Of a DNA stretch of 32,000 nucleotides, positions 7,732 through 17,980 are shown piece by piece. Under the pieces are notes generated by a model, which saw nothing but the letters and a program-made list of their open reading frames with translations, was not told where the DNA came from and searched no databases. A program made the position numbers and the translations under genes. Positions within the stretch are counted from its first letter, which is position 1; each line of letters opens with the position of its first letter. Source of the DNA: Desulfobulbus propionicus DSM 2032 (GTDB lineage: Bacteria; Desulfobacterota; Desulfobulbia; Desulfobulbales; Desulfobulbaceae). Location: contig NC_014972.1 of the NCBI RefSeq assembly GCF_000186885.1, positions 2,040,001 through 2,072,000 on the forward strand, read 5' to 3'.

Positions 7732-7759
7732 TTGCAAATTTAAAAATACGTTTTACATT
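7732..7759 (+). promoter_or_regulatory. Sigma70-like promoter candidate for lysC (TTGCAA-16 nt-TACATT)
   Basis: The hexamers are at 7732-7737 and 7754-7759, in the AT-rich part of the trmL/lysC divergent intergenic region. Using this promoter would give a 5' leader of roughly 210 nt. Confidence 0.3.
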
Positions 7760-7978
7760 CTTTGCTCCGCTTTTCGTTGCCCCGCTCCCCGGGACCGATC
7801 CGTCCACAACGTTTTCCCCGATGACAGGCGGACAACCAGAGCGCGAAACATGCAACAATAGATGGACCGCGGTTGCCACCCCAGGCGCCATTCCATGAAA
7901 CCGTTCGGATGACCACGGTTGACGCGGTCTCTGCGGCAGCCGTTGCCCCCTCCATTCATTCTTTTTTGGGATACGATC

Positions 7979-9217
<1,239 letters not shown>

Positions 9218-9220
9218 CCC

Positions 9221-10816
9221 ATGGCCCGAGTGATCGAACTGTACGACACCACCCTGCGGGATGGTACCCAGGCCGAGAATTTCAATCTCTCGGTCGACGA
9301 TAAAATCAAGGTCTGCCGACAGCTTGACCGCATCGGCATCGATTTCATCGAGGGTGGCTGGCCGGGTTCCAATCCGCTAGCGGTGGAGTTTTTCAAGCAG
9401 ATGCAGGGAGTCGCGCTCAAGCAGGCTCGGCTGGCCGCCTTTGGCTCGACCCGACATTTCCAAAAAAAACCGGATCAGGATGCCAACCTCCAGGCTCTGC
9501 TGGCCGCCAAGACACCGGCAGTGACCATCTTCGGCAAGAGCTGGGATATTCATGTGATCGACGCCCTGCGCATCGAATTGGAAGACAATCTGCAGATTAT
9601 CGAGGACTCGCTGGCCTATCTCCGCCCCCATGTGCGCCACCTGATCTACGATGCCGAGCATTTTTTCGACGGTTTCAAGAACAACCGCGAATACTGTCTG
9701 GCTACCCTGGGCAAGGCCATGGCCGGCGGCGCCGAAACCATCGTCCTCTGCGACACCAACGGTGGCACCCTGCCGCACGAGATCCCGGAGATCATGGAAC
9801 GGGTGCTGCAATACCGCGCCGAGCAGGGCAGCGAAGTGCGTATTGGCATCCATTCGCACAACGATTCGGAAACCGCGGTGGCCAACGCCCTGATGGGGGT
9901 GCATTGCGGCGCCGATCACATCCAGGGGACGATCAACGGCTTTGGCGAGCGATGCGGCAACGCCAACCTGACCTCGATCATTCCGGCCCTGATTTTCAAG
10001 ATGGGACTGGAATGCAAGGTGGGCAAACGGATCGATCAGCTCTACACCACCGCGCGCATGGTCAACGAACTGGCCAACCTGCCGCACAACCGCTACCAGC
10101 CCTACGTGGGCGAATCGGCCTTTGCCCACAAGGGCGGAATCCATGTGAGCGCGGTGCAGCGCAACCCCATGACCTACGAGCACATTGCCCCGGAAAAGGT
10201 GGGCAACAGCCGACGAGTGCTGATCTCCGATCAGTCCGGCAAATCCAATGTGCTGATGAAGGCTCAGAAATACGGCCTGGATATCGAGGCCGACGACCCG
10301 CTGATGACCGAGATCATCAGCCAGCTCAAGGAACTGGAAAATCAGGGCTACCAATACGAGGCGGCCGAGGCCAGCTTCGAGCTGCTGATGCGCCGGGCCC
10401 TTGGCCTGCACCGCGATTTCTTCCAGCTGGAAGCCTTCCGGGTGATGAACCATAAGTACGACCTGAACAAGAGCCCCTACACCGAGGCCACCATCCGGTT
10501 GTACGTGGACGGCAGCGAAGTCCATACCGCCGCCATGGGCGACGGACCGGTCAACGCGCTCGACCGAGCCTTGCGCAAGGCGCTGACCCGGTTTTATCCC
10601 AGCCTGGAAGACATGGAACTCACGGATTACAAGGTGCGGGTGCTCACCGGCGAATACGGCACCGGCGCCAAGGTCCGCGTTCTGGTGGAGAGCAAGGACC
10701 TAGAGGACAGCTGGGGCACGGTCGGCGTTTCGGTCAACATCATCGAGGCCAGCTGGCAGGCCCTGGTGGACAGCATCAACTACAAGCTGATGAAGGATGA
10801 AAAAGGCCGCTGTTGA
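9221..10816 (+). CDS. cimA: Citramalate synthase (LeuA-type-2 / CimA family)
   Basis: 'LYDTTLRDGTQAE', 'HSHNDSETAVANAL' and 'GTINGFGERCGNANL' match, and the C-terminal regulatory domain is long. The 531-aa size and the lysC adjacency match the Geobacter-type CimA. Distinguishing it from LeuA needs an HMM or a tree. Confidence 0.75.
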   Translation: MARVIELYDTTLRDGTQAENFNLSVDDKIKVCRQLDRIGIDFIEGGWPGSNPLAVEFFKQMQGVALKQARLAAFGSTRHFQKKPDQDANLQALLAAKTPAVTIFGKSWDIHVIDALRIELEDNLQIIEDSLAYLRPHVRHLIYDAEHFFDGFKNNREYCLATLGKAMAGGAETIVLCDTNGGTLPHEIPEIMERVLQYRAEQGSEVRIGIHSHNDSETAVANALMGVHCGADHIQGTINGFGERCGNANLTSIIPALIFKMGLECKVGKRIDQLYTTARMVNELANLPHNRYQPYVGESAFAHKGGIHVSAVQRNPMTYEHIAPEKVGNSRRVLISDQSGKSNVLMKAQKYGLDIEADDPLMTEIISQLKELENQGYQYEAAEASFELLMRRALGLHRDFFQLEAFRVMNHKYDLNKSPYTEATIRLYVDGSEVHTAAMGDGPVNALDRALRKALTRFYPSLEDMELTDYKVRVLTGEYGTGAKVRVLVESKDLEDSWGTVGVSVNIIEASWQALVDSINYKLMKDEKGRC

Positions 10817-11288
10817 TGCGCCGGCAACCGCCGAGGAGTGCAAGGACAAGCGGACGCTTGTCCTTTTTCTTTTGGCCTTGCTGATTGTTGCCGTGGACCT
10901 GGTTCCCGTGGCGCAACAAAAAGCTTCTCCGTTGTACGGCGTTCGTCTTGAAACGATCGGCGGCGGTTGGCAGGTAATCCGGTTGCCGGCCGGTGGTCCG
11001 GAATCAGGAACAGAAAAAACTCCTATATCTCTCTTGGATCCGCAAGGCCCCGCCGCGAACACCCTGCCAGCCCCACTGGCCCTGTTTCTCAACCAGCCGT
11101 TGCCGATCAATCGCGCCGACCGGGCAGCGCTGGAAATGCTGCCGGGCGTGGGGCCGCACCTGGCAGCGGCCATCGAGCAAACCCGGCAGCGCCGCGGCCC
11201 GCTGACCGGTCCCGAGGACCTGCTCGATGTGCCGGGCATTGGTCCGCAAAGCCTGCAACGCCTCCTGCCCTTGGTCAGTTTTGAATGA
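10797..11288 (+). CDS. comEA: ComEA-like helix-hairpin-helix DNA-binding protein
   Basis: An N-terminal hydrophobic anchor 'LVLFLLALLIVAV' is followed by the C-terminal 'INRADRAALEMLPGVGPHLAAAI...DLLDVPGIGPQSLQRL' (2x HhH). It overlaps the cimA 3' end by 20 nt. Confidence 0.7.
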   Translation: MKKAAVDAPATAEECKDKRTLVLFLLALLIVAVDLVPVAQQKASPLYGVRLETIGGGWQVIRLPAGGPESGTEKTPISLLDPQGPAANTLPAPLALFLNQPLPINRADRAALEMLPGVGPHLAAAIEQTRQRRGPLTGPEDLLDVPGIGPQSLQRLLPLVSFE

Positions 11289-12238
11289 CCGCCGCAGCCA
11301 TGCCCATCGCCACGCCTGTCCTGGTCCTGGTCGGACCGACAGCCATCGGCAAGACCGCGCTGTCGCTCGCCATTGGCGAGCGGTTTGACTGCGAGATCAT
11401 CTCCATGGACTCGATGCAGGTCTATCGGTTCATGGATATCGGTACGGCCAAGGCCAGCCGGGAAGAACGGCAGCGAATCGTCCACCATCTGATCGATATC
11501 GTCGACCCGGACGAGCAATACGATGCGGCCCGTTTTGTCGACGATACCCTGACGGCGATCACGGCCATCTCGGCCAGGGGAAAGATTCCCCTGATCACCG
11601 GCGGCACCGGCCTCTACCTCTCGGCCCTGGTCAACGGCCTGTTTGACGAGCTCAAGACAAGCGCCGAGCTGCGGCAACATCTTGCGCAACGCCTGCGCGC
11701 GGAGGGCAGGGGGGAGCTCTATCTCGAATTGACCACGGTGGATCCGGAAAGCGCGAGGCGCATTCATCCCAACGATACCCAACGGCTGTTGCGCGGCCTG
11801 GAAATTTTCCATGCCACCGGCATTCCCTGGTCGGAACACCTGCGCCGGCAGGCCAACGCATCACCGGCGGCGACCTTTTCCCACCTGCTCCAGCTGGGTC
11901 TCACCTGCGAGCGGGACACGCTGTACGAGCGCATACGACTTCGCACGCAAGCGATGATGCAGGATGCCTTTGAGGAAGAAGTTGCAGCCTTGCTCGCCCG
12001 GGGATACGGTCCGGAACTGCCCTCGATGCAGGCCATCGGCTACCGGCACATGTGCGGCTGTATCCAGGGGCTCTGGGACCGGGAAACAGCCACCGCCGCC
12101 CTGATCCAGGACACCCGCCGATATGCCAAGCGGCAGCTGACCTGGTTCAAACACCAGCACCGCATCCACTGGCACCACATCCGGCAACCGGACAAGGTGC
12201 TTGCGGATATTGCCGATTTCTTGCATACTGCCCGCTAA
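11285..12238 (+). CDS. miaA: tRNA dimethylallyltransferase
   Basis: 'LVGPTAIGKTALSL', 'IISMDSMQVYRFMDIGTAK', 'HHLIDI' and 'GGTGLY' match MiaA. The start has an ATGA overlap with the comEA stop. Confidence 0.9.
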   Translation: MTAAAMPIATPVLVLVGPTAIGKTALSLAIGERFDCEIISMDSMQVYRFMDIGTAKASREERQRIVHHLIDIVDPDEQYDAARFVDDTLTAITAISARGKIPLITGGTGLYLSALVNGLFDELKTSAELRQHLAQRLRAEGRGELYLELTTVDPESARRIHPNDTQRLLRGLEIFHATGIPWSEHLRRQANASPAATFSHLLQLGLTCERDTLYERIRLRTQAMMQDAFEEEVAALLARGYGPELPSMQAIGYRHMCGCIQGLWDRETATAALIQDTRRYAKRQLTWFKHQHRIHWHHIRQPDKVLADIADFLHTAR

Positions 12239-12268
12239 TTATACGGTTCCTTTGCCCTGTTTTCGCCC

Positions 12269-14026
12269 ATGCAACCGCTTCCCTACATCTTTTCTCCCCA
12301 TGCCGACAGCCCCCAGGTCAGGCATTTTGGGGCGCTGGTTGCCAAAGAATTCCGCATTCCCCGGCAGCTGGGTGAAATCATGTATCATCGCGGCCTGCGG
12401 ACCCTCGAGGCAGTGCAGGCATTTCTCTATCCGCAACTGTCGATGCTCCCCTCGCCGGATTCGATGAAGGGAATCGGCGAGGCGGTTGACAGCATCGTCC
12501 ATGCCTGCACAACGGCCAGTCCCATTTTCATCCACGGCGACTATGATGTCGACGGCATCACCGCCACGGCGCTGCTCACGGTCTTTTTCAACGAAATCGG
12601 CATCGACACCCACTATTACATTCCCAACCGCCTGGAGGAACGTTATGGCCTGTCGGTCAGATCGATCGACCGCTTGCTGGCGCAGTCGAGGGAAGCGGGC
12701 AGGGGAGGGCTGCTGATCACCGTGGACTGCGGTATCTCGGCCGTGCGGGAAGTGGCCTATGCGCGGGAACGGGGGCTCGTGGTGATCATCACCGATCACC
12801 ACGAGCCACAGGCCACGCTGCCGTGCGCGGATGCGCTGCTCAATCCGAAGCAGCACGACTGCCGGTTTCCGTTTTCTCAACTCTCCGGGGTTGGTGTTGC
12901 CTTCTTCCTGATCGTGGCCCTGCGCAAGGCCTTCATGGAAAGGGGGCTGTTTGCCGCACGGTCGCTGAATCTGAAAAAATATCTCGATCTGGTGGCCTTG
13001 GGCACGGTGGCCGACGTGGTGCCGCTGGTTGGCGTGAACCGCATTCTGGTGCGGGCCGGTCTGGAGGTGTTGTCCGCCAAGAATCGGCCGGGATTGTTGT
13101 CCTTGTGTGAATGCTGCGGCATTGGTCATCGCGAGATCCTGGCCGAAGACATCTCGTTCAAATTGGCCCCCAGGATTAATGCCGCCGGACGGCTCGGAGT
13201 GCCGCGGCTGGGGGTCGAATTGCTGCTGGCGAAAGATCACGCCGGGGCACGGCGGGCCGCCGATGAATTGGAACGGTTGAATACGGCGAGAAAACAGCTG
13301 GAAGGCAGCGCCCTTGCCGCCATTGAACAGCAGTGCGCCCACCAGGTCGAAGCGGGAGTCGACGGCCTCGCGGTCTACCACGCCGATTGTCATCCTGGGG
13401 TGCTGGGCATCTTGGCCTCCAAAATCGTCGAACGTTTCCACCGGCCAGCGATCATCTTCACCGATGACCAGCAACACAGGGCGGGCACAAACCTGAAAGG
13501 GTCGGGTCGATCGGTGGCCGGGGTGCATCTGTTTCACCTGCTTGAACAGTGCAATGGCCTGATCGATCAATTCGGGGGACATGCCATGGCGGTTGGACTC
13601 ACCATCGACAAGACCTTGCTGCCCTCCTTTGCCGATCTGTTCAACCGCCAGGTAACGACCCGGCACGCCGAGGTGCTACGACAGGGCAGGGGGATCGTCA
13701 TCGATTGCCACCTCACGGATAAATCGATTTTGACCATGGAATTTGCCTGGGCCTTGCGTCTGTTGCAACCATTCGGCGAAGGCAACCCTGAACCGACCTT
13801 CCTGCTGTCACGGGAACAGCTGGTGCAGCCAAAAGGTGTCAATGGGCACCTGCGTTTCCAACTGCGTGGCGCCAACGGTCATGTTTTCCCGGGCATCGGG
13901 TTTCGGCTGGCTCCCGCGGGACGAAATTTCCACGGCAGTCAGGATCTGGTCTTTCATCTGAAGCGATCATGGTTCAGAGGAACTGAACAGACCCAGATCC
14001 AGGCGCTCCACCTTGTCCCCCATTGA
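12269..14026 (+). CDS. recJ: Single-stranded-DNA-specific exonuclease RecJ
   Basis: The DHH motifs 'IFIHGDYDVDGITA' and 'ITDHH' are present, along with 'LVALGTVADVVPL' and the DHHA1 region. The product is 585 aa. Confidence 0.9.
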   Translation: MQPLPYIFSPHADSPQVRHFGALVAKEFRIPRQLGEIMYHRGLRTLEAVQAFLYPQLSMLPSPDSMKGIGEAVDSIVHACTTASPIFIHGDYDVDGITATALLTVFFNEIGIDTHYYIPNRLEERYGLSVRSIDRLLAQSREAGRGGLLITVDCGISAVREVAYARERGLVVIITDHHEPQATLPCADALLNPKQHDCRFPFSQLSGVGVAFFLIVALRKAFMERGLFAARSLNLKKYLDLVALGTVADVVPLVGVNRILVRAGLEVLSAKNRPGLLSLCECCGIGHREILAEDISFKLAPRINAAGRLGVPRLGVELLLAKDHAGARRAADELERLNTARKQLEGSALAAIEQQCAHQVEAGVDGLAVYHADCHPGVLGILASKIVERFHRPAIIFTDDQQHRAGTNLKGSGRSVAGVHLFHLLEQCNGLIDQFGGHAMAVGLTIDKTLLPSFADLFNRQVTTRHAEVLRQGRGIVIDCHLTDKSILTMEFAWALRLLQPFGEGNPEPTFLLSREQLVQPKGVNGHLRFQLRGANGHVFPGIGFRLAPAGRNFHGSQDLVFHLKRSWFRGTEQTQIQALHLVPH

Positions 14027-14052
14027 TCGGCACCGTCATAGGTAAAATTTAA

Positions 14053-14068
14053 CATAATATATATTATG
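14053..14068. promoter_or_regulatory. 16-bp perfect AT palindrome CATAATATATATTATG flanked by ATTTAACA direct repeats
   Basis: This is read directly from the sequence. The ATTTAACA copies are at 14047-14054 and 14073-14080. The element is 113 nt upstream of the purB ATG, in the only AT-rich patch of the recJ-purB spacer. Confidence 0.3.
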
Positions 14069-14112
14069 CGACATTTAACACCCCAAACCGTGGAGACCAA
14101 ACACCACACATA

Positions 14113-14148
14113 GCGGACATTACGGCATAAACCGATCGTCCGCCTTTT
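14113..14148 (+). terminator. Weak terminator-like hairpin (recJ terminator or purB leader structure)
   Basis: GCGGAC (14113-14118) pairs with GTCCGC (14138-14143), with an inner CGG/CCG helix, followed by CTTTTC. The loop is large and the T tract short. Confidence 0.3.
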
Positions 14149-14180
14149 CATTCATCACTAACCCCAACGAGCATATCGAC

Positions 14181-15623
14181 ATGAATCGCGACATCTATCA
14201 GGAACCGCTGGTTTCCCGCTACACCAGCCGGGAAATGCAGGAGCTTTTCTCCGAACGCTTCAAATTCACCCATTGGCGCAAATGTTGGGTTGCCCTGGCC
14301 GAGGCCCAGCACGAACTGGGGCTTGCCGCGGTGACCGCCGAAATGGTGGCCGAACTGAAGGCCAATGTGGACAACATCAACTTCGAGGTGGCCGCCGCCA
14401 AGGAGCGCGAGATTCGCCACGATGTCATGGCCCACGTCTTTGCCTATGGCCAGCAGTGCCCGCTGGCCGAGCCGATTATTCACCTGGGCGCCACCTCGCA
14501 GTTCGTGGTCTGCAACACCGATCTGCTGATCCAGAAACGAGCCCTGCATCTGATCAAGCGAGCGCTGCTTACGGTCATCGCCAACCTCGCAGAATTCTGC
14601 ACCCGACACAAAGACCTGGCCACCCTCGGCTTTACCCATTACCAGCCCGCCCAACCAACTACGGTTGGCAAGCGCAACACCCTGTACCTTCAAGATTTAT
14701 TAATGGATCTCGAGTACATTGAGCAGCTCGAGGGGCAAATCAAGGCACGGGGGGCCAAGGGCACCGTCGGTACCCAGGCGACCTTTATCGAACTGTTTGC
14801 CGGCGACCATGACAAGGTCCGCGAGCTTGATCGGCTGGTGGCCCAAAAAATCGGCTTTGATCAGGTCTTTGCGGTCACCGGCCAAACCTATCCGCGCAAG
14901 CTGGACATGAAGACCGCCGAAACCCTGGCCGGTATCGGCGCCTCGGCCCACAAGTTCGCCGTTGACCTGCGCCTGCTCTCCAACCTGAAGGTTCAGGAGG
15001 AACCCTTTGAACGCAAACAGGTGGGCAGTTCGGCCATGGCCTACAAACGCAACCCCATGCGCTCCGAGCGGATGACCGGTCTGGCCCGCAAACTCATGGG
15101 TCTGCCGGCCAACTTCGCCGCAACTGCGGCCAACCAGTGGTTTGAACGCACCCTCGACGACTCGGCGATCCGCCGCATGGATCTGGCCCAGGCCTTTCTC
15201 CTGACCGACGCCATCCTCAAATTGTACATCAACATTACCAACGATATGGTTGTCTATCCGAAGCAGGTTGAGCGCCATCTCAAGGAAGAACTGCCCTTCA
15301 TGGCCACGGAAAAGATCCTCATGGCCTGTGTCGAACGCGGCAAGAGCCGGCAGGAGATGCATGAGGTCATCCGCGAGCATTCGGTGGCTGCCGGACTGGA
15401 TGTCAAGAATCAGGGATTGCGCAACAATCTGCTGGAGCGGCTGGCTGACGATGAACGCGTGCCCTTTGATCTCCAGGAGCTCAACGGTCTGATCGGCAAT
15501 TACCAGCAGTTCACCGGCCGAGCCGCCGAACAGACCACTGAATTCCTCCAGGAGCAGGTGGCGCCGGTGCTGGAACAATACCGCGACTTGCTGGGCGACA
15601 TCGACGCCACGCTGTCGGTCTGA
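14181..15623 (+). CDS. purB: Adenylosuccinate lyase (long, eukaryote/archaeal-like form)
   Basis: 'PLVSRYTSREM', 'HLGATSQFV', 'THYQPAQPTTVGKR' and 'GSSAMAYKRNPMRSE' (the signature loop) match. The product is 480 aa. Confidence 0.9.
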   Translation: MNRDIYQEPLVSRYTSREMQELFSERFKFTHWRKCWVALAEAQHELGLAAVTAEMVAELKANVDNINFEVAAAKEREIRHDVMAHVFAYGQQCPLAEPIIHLGATSQFVVCNTDLLIQKRALHLIKRALLTVIANLAEFCTRHKDLATLGFTHYQPAQPTTVGKRNTLYLQDLLMDLEYIEQLEGQIKARGAKGTVGTQATFIELFAGDHDKVRELDRLVAQKIGFDQVFAVTGQTYPRKLDMKTAETLAGIGASAHKFAVDLRLLSNLKVQEEPFERKQVGSSAMAYKRNPMRSERMTGLARKLMGLPANFAATAANQWFERTLDDSAIRRMDLAQAFLLTDAILKLYINITNDMVVYPKQVERHLKEELPFMATEKILMACVERGKSRQEMHEVIREHSVAAGLDVKNQGLRNNLLERLADDERVPFDLQELNGLIGNYQQFTGRAAEQTTEFLQEQVAPVLEQYRDLLGDIDATLSV

Positions 15624-15651
15624 CCTTGGCCGTTCCTCCTGGTATGCGAGC

Positions 15652-15876
15652 ATGACCAATCACGCCCTTGTCGAATGGTACCTGTGCATCCGCCCGGAAA
15701 AGATCAGCTGGCTGCGCTTCATCCTTGAAGGATACGACGGTTTGGCCCTGCTCTCAACGGTTTCTGCCCCTACCGGCCTGGTCAGGATGCAGACCCTGGA
15801 GTGCCGATTCATGGAAACCATGCGCCTGTTGGAGGCATTGGCTGGCGACCTGTCGCCATACCGGAGGGAGGCTTGA
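15652..15876 (+). CDS. Small conserved hypothetical protein (DUF4911-like)
   Basis: The product is 74 aa. 'ISWLRFILEGYDGLALLSTV' matches my recollection of the DUF4911 core ('FLKFILEAYDG.A'). It is wedged between purB and miaB with short gaps (28 and 40 nt). Confidence 0.55.
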   Translation: MTNHALVEWYLCIRPEKISWLRFILEGYDGLALLSTVSAPTGLVRMQTLECRFMETMRLLEALAGDLSPYRREA

Positions 15877-15916
15877 GCAATCAGGTGAACGTTTCGCGGT
15901 ATCTTCTTCTTTTTCA

Positions 15917-17275
15917 ATGGTTATGAGCAAAAATCTCTATATCAAGACCTTCGGGTGCCAGATGAATGAAAGGGACTCGGAAATCATGGAACAGATGCTG
16001 GCGCAGGAGGGGTACGTGCCGGCCGCCAGTCCCGAAGGTGCCGACGTCGTTCTGATCAACACCTGCAGCATCCGGGAAAAGGCCGAGCAAAAAGTGTTCA
16101 GCCTTCTGGGGCAGTTGCGCGAGGAAAAGGCGCGTAATCCGAGCCTGCTGCTCGGGGTCACCGGCTGTGTGGCCCAGCAGGAGGGCGAACGGATCCGCGA
16201 ACGGATGCCTCATGTCGACCTGATCGTCGGCACCCAGCAGATCTACCAGTTACCGGAAATGCTCGCTCGTCTCACCCAAGGCATGACCACCAGGGAAACC
16301 GCCACCGACCTGGAAGGCTCCTTTGCCATTCCGCCCTTTCAGAAATTGCTGATTAACACGCCGCCCTCCCCTGCCCCGCACAGCTTTAGACGGTTTGTCA
16401 CCATCATGCAGGGGTGCAACAACTACTGCAGCTACTGCGTGGTTCCCGGCACCCGCGGCCGGGAAATCAGTCGGCCGGTGGCGGACATCATGGAGGAAGT
16501 GGAAATCCTGGTCAGCCAGGGGGTGAAGGAGATCACCCTGCTCGGGCAAAACGTCAACTCCTACGGCAAGACCAACAAGGTAGCCGATACCGAGGTTGAT
16601 TTTCCGCAGTTGTTGCGACAGGTTGCCTTGGTCAACGGGTTACGGCGGCTGCGCTTCACCACCTCCCACCCCAAGGATCTATCCGAAGCGCTGATGCGCT
16701 GCTTTGCCGAGATCGATATTCTTTGTCCGCATTTTCATCTACCGGTGCAGTCCGGGTCCAACGCCGTTCTCCAGCGGATGAACCGCAAATATACCGTGGA
16801 GAACTATCTGGAAAAGGTTGCCTCCTTGCGCCGCTTATGCCCGGACATTGCCCTGGCCACCGATATCATCGTCGGTTTTCCCGGCGAGACCGAAGCCGAT
16901 TTTCAGGCCACCATGGATCTGCTGCAAACCGTTCGATTTCACGGCTCCTTTTCCTTCAAATACTCGGACCGCCCCCATACCCGCTCCGCCGAATTCTCCG
17001 ACAAGATCCCGGAAGAGGTCAAGGCCAGACGGTTGATGGAGTTTCAATCGCTTCAGGATAGCATTTCTTTAGAACGCAACAGCGAATCGATCGGTCGTGA
17101 AGTTGAAGTTATGGTTGAATCAGGTGAAGGGAATCGGTTAAGAGGCCGAACCCCGGCCAACCAGATCGTTCATTTCACCGCCGCCCCAGCCTCTTCCCTG
17201 ATACCCGGAACGCTGGCGCGGGTGCAGATTGACCATGCGGGCAAGCATAGTCTCAAGGGAACATTACGAAATTAA
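15917..17275 (+). CDS. miaB: tRNA-2-methylthio-N6-dimethylallyladenosine synthase
   Basis: 'LYIKTFGCQMNERDSE' is the UPF0004 domain. 'IMQGCNNYCSYCVVPGTRGRE' is the radical SAM motif. 'HLPVQSGS' and the TRAM-like C-terminus also match. The start is ATG 15917 (or 15923); the ORF part upstream is spurious. Confidence 0.9.
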   Translation: MVMSKNLYIKTFGCQMNERDSEIMEQMLAQEGYVPAASPEGADVVLINTCSIREKAEQKVFSLLGQLREEKARNPSLLLGVTGCVAQQEGERIRERMPHVDLIVGTQQIYQLPEMLARLTQGMTTRETATDLEGSFAIPPFQKLLINTPPSPAPHSFRRFVTIMQGCNNYCSYCVVPGTRGREISRPVADIMEEVEILVSQGVKEITLLGQNVNSYGKTNKVADTEVDFPQLLRQVALVNGLRRLRFTTSHPKDLSEALMRCFAEIDILCPHFHLPVQSGSNAVLQRMNRKYTVENYLEKVASLRRLCPDIALATDIIVGFPGETEADFQATMDLLQTVRFHGSFSFKYSDRPHTRSAEFSDKIPEEVKARRLMEFQSLQDSISLERNSESIGREVEVMVESGEGNRLRGRTPANQIVHFTAAPASSLIPGTLARVQIDHAGKHSLKGTLRN

Positions 17276-17285
17276 ATACTCTTTC

Positions 17286-17957
17286 ATGCGAGCCAATACC
17301 ATGATCGATCTCCATTCCCACAGTTTTTTCAGCGACGGCGCCCTGGTGCCGTCCGAACATGTCCGCCGGGTTGAACATCTGGGTTACCAGGCCATCGCCA
17401 TCACCGACCATGCCGACTCCTCCAACATCCGGTTGCTTATCCCCAATCTGATCAGGGTAGCCCGCGACCTGAATGCGGTCAATGCCACCCAGTTAATCGT
17501 CGGTGTCGAACTGACCCATGTGCCCCCTGCTCTGATCGGTCCCCTGGCGGCCGAGTCGCGTGCCCTAGGGGCCCAGTTGATCGTGGTGCATGGCGAGACG
17601 CCGGTGGAACCTGTTCTCCCCGGCACCAACCGGGCGGCTCTGGAGGCCGATGTCGATCTGCTGGCCCATCCGGGATTCATCACCGAGGAAGAGGCGGCCC
17701 TGGCCGCCCGCCGGGGAATCTTGCTGGAACTCTCCGGCCGCAAAGGTCACAGTCTGACCAACGGTCATGTGGCCCGCATGGCCGAAAAAACCGGAGCCCT
17801 ATTGGCCATCAATGCCGATGGTCACGCGCCCGGAGATTTTCTCACCGCGGAGATGGCGGAAAAGGTGGGCTTGGGGGCGGGATTGAACAGGGAGCGGTAC
17901 CAGCAGGTCCGCCGCGACATGGCGGCTCTGGTCGACCGGCTGAAGCCGCTTGATTAA
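17286..17957 (+). CDS. PHP-domain metal-dependent phosphoesterase (histidinol-phosphatase family)
   Basis: 'MIDLHSHSFFSDG', 'AIAITDHAD' and 'VHGE' are PHP-domain metal-ligand motifs. The start is ATG 17286 or 17301, which is 10-25 nt after the miaB stop. Confidence 0.75.
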   Translation: MRANTMIDLHSHSFFSDGALVPSEHVRRVEHLGYQAIAITDHADSSNIRLLIPNLIRVARDLNAVNATQLIVGVELTHVPPALIGPLAAESRALGAQLIVVHGETPVEPVLPGTNRAALEADVDLLAHPGFITEEEAALAARRGILLELSGRKGHSLTNGHVARMAEKTGALLAINADGHAPGDFLTAEMAEKVGLGAGLNRERYQQVRRDMAALVDRLKPLD

Positions 17958-17980
17958 TCGAAAACACGCAGGAGCGGAGC

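Noticed and set aside
7722-7736. Sigma54-like TGG-N-TTGCA upstream of lysC
   Set aside because: The GG-to-GC spacing is 9 nt rather than the strictly required 10 nt.
7863-7885. T-box-like sequence on the minus strand (GGGGTGGCAACCGCGG versus the consensus GGGTGGTACCGCG), upstream of trmL-serC
   Set aside because: It has one extra nucleotide relative to the consensus, and I could find no terminator/antiterminator pair downstream. A full T-box leader would have to extend into the lysC coding region on the opposite strand. It is more simply part of the plus-strand lysC leader helix.
6189-7898. Plus-strand ORFs 6189..6803 and 6819..7898
   Set aside because: They are antisense to serC and trmL. 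The second runs through the intergenic region only because stop codons are rare in this frame.
7683-7978. Lysine (L-box) riboswitch upstream of lysC
   Set aside because: I could not find the conserved L-box core elements on the plus strand. The region is kept only as an unclassified structured leader in the findings.
9377-11839. Two long minus-strand ORFs (9377..10525 and 10700..11839)
   Set aside because: They are antisense to cimA, comEA and miaA. Their composition is Gly/Arg/Ala-rich with no motifs.
12239-13666. 475-aa ORF on the minus strand
   Set aside because: It is antisense to recJ (which has clear DHH/DHHA1 motifs) and is a shadow ORF.
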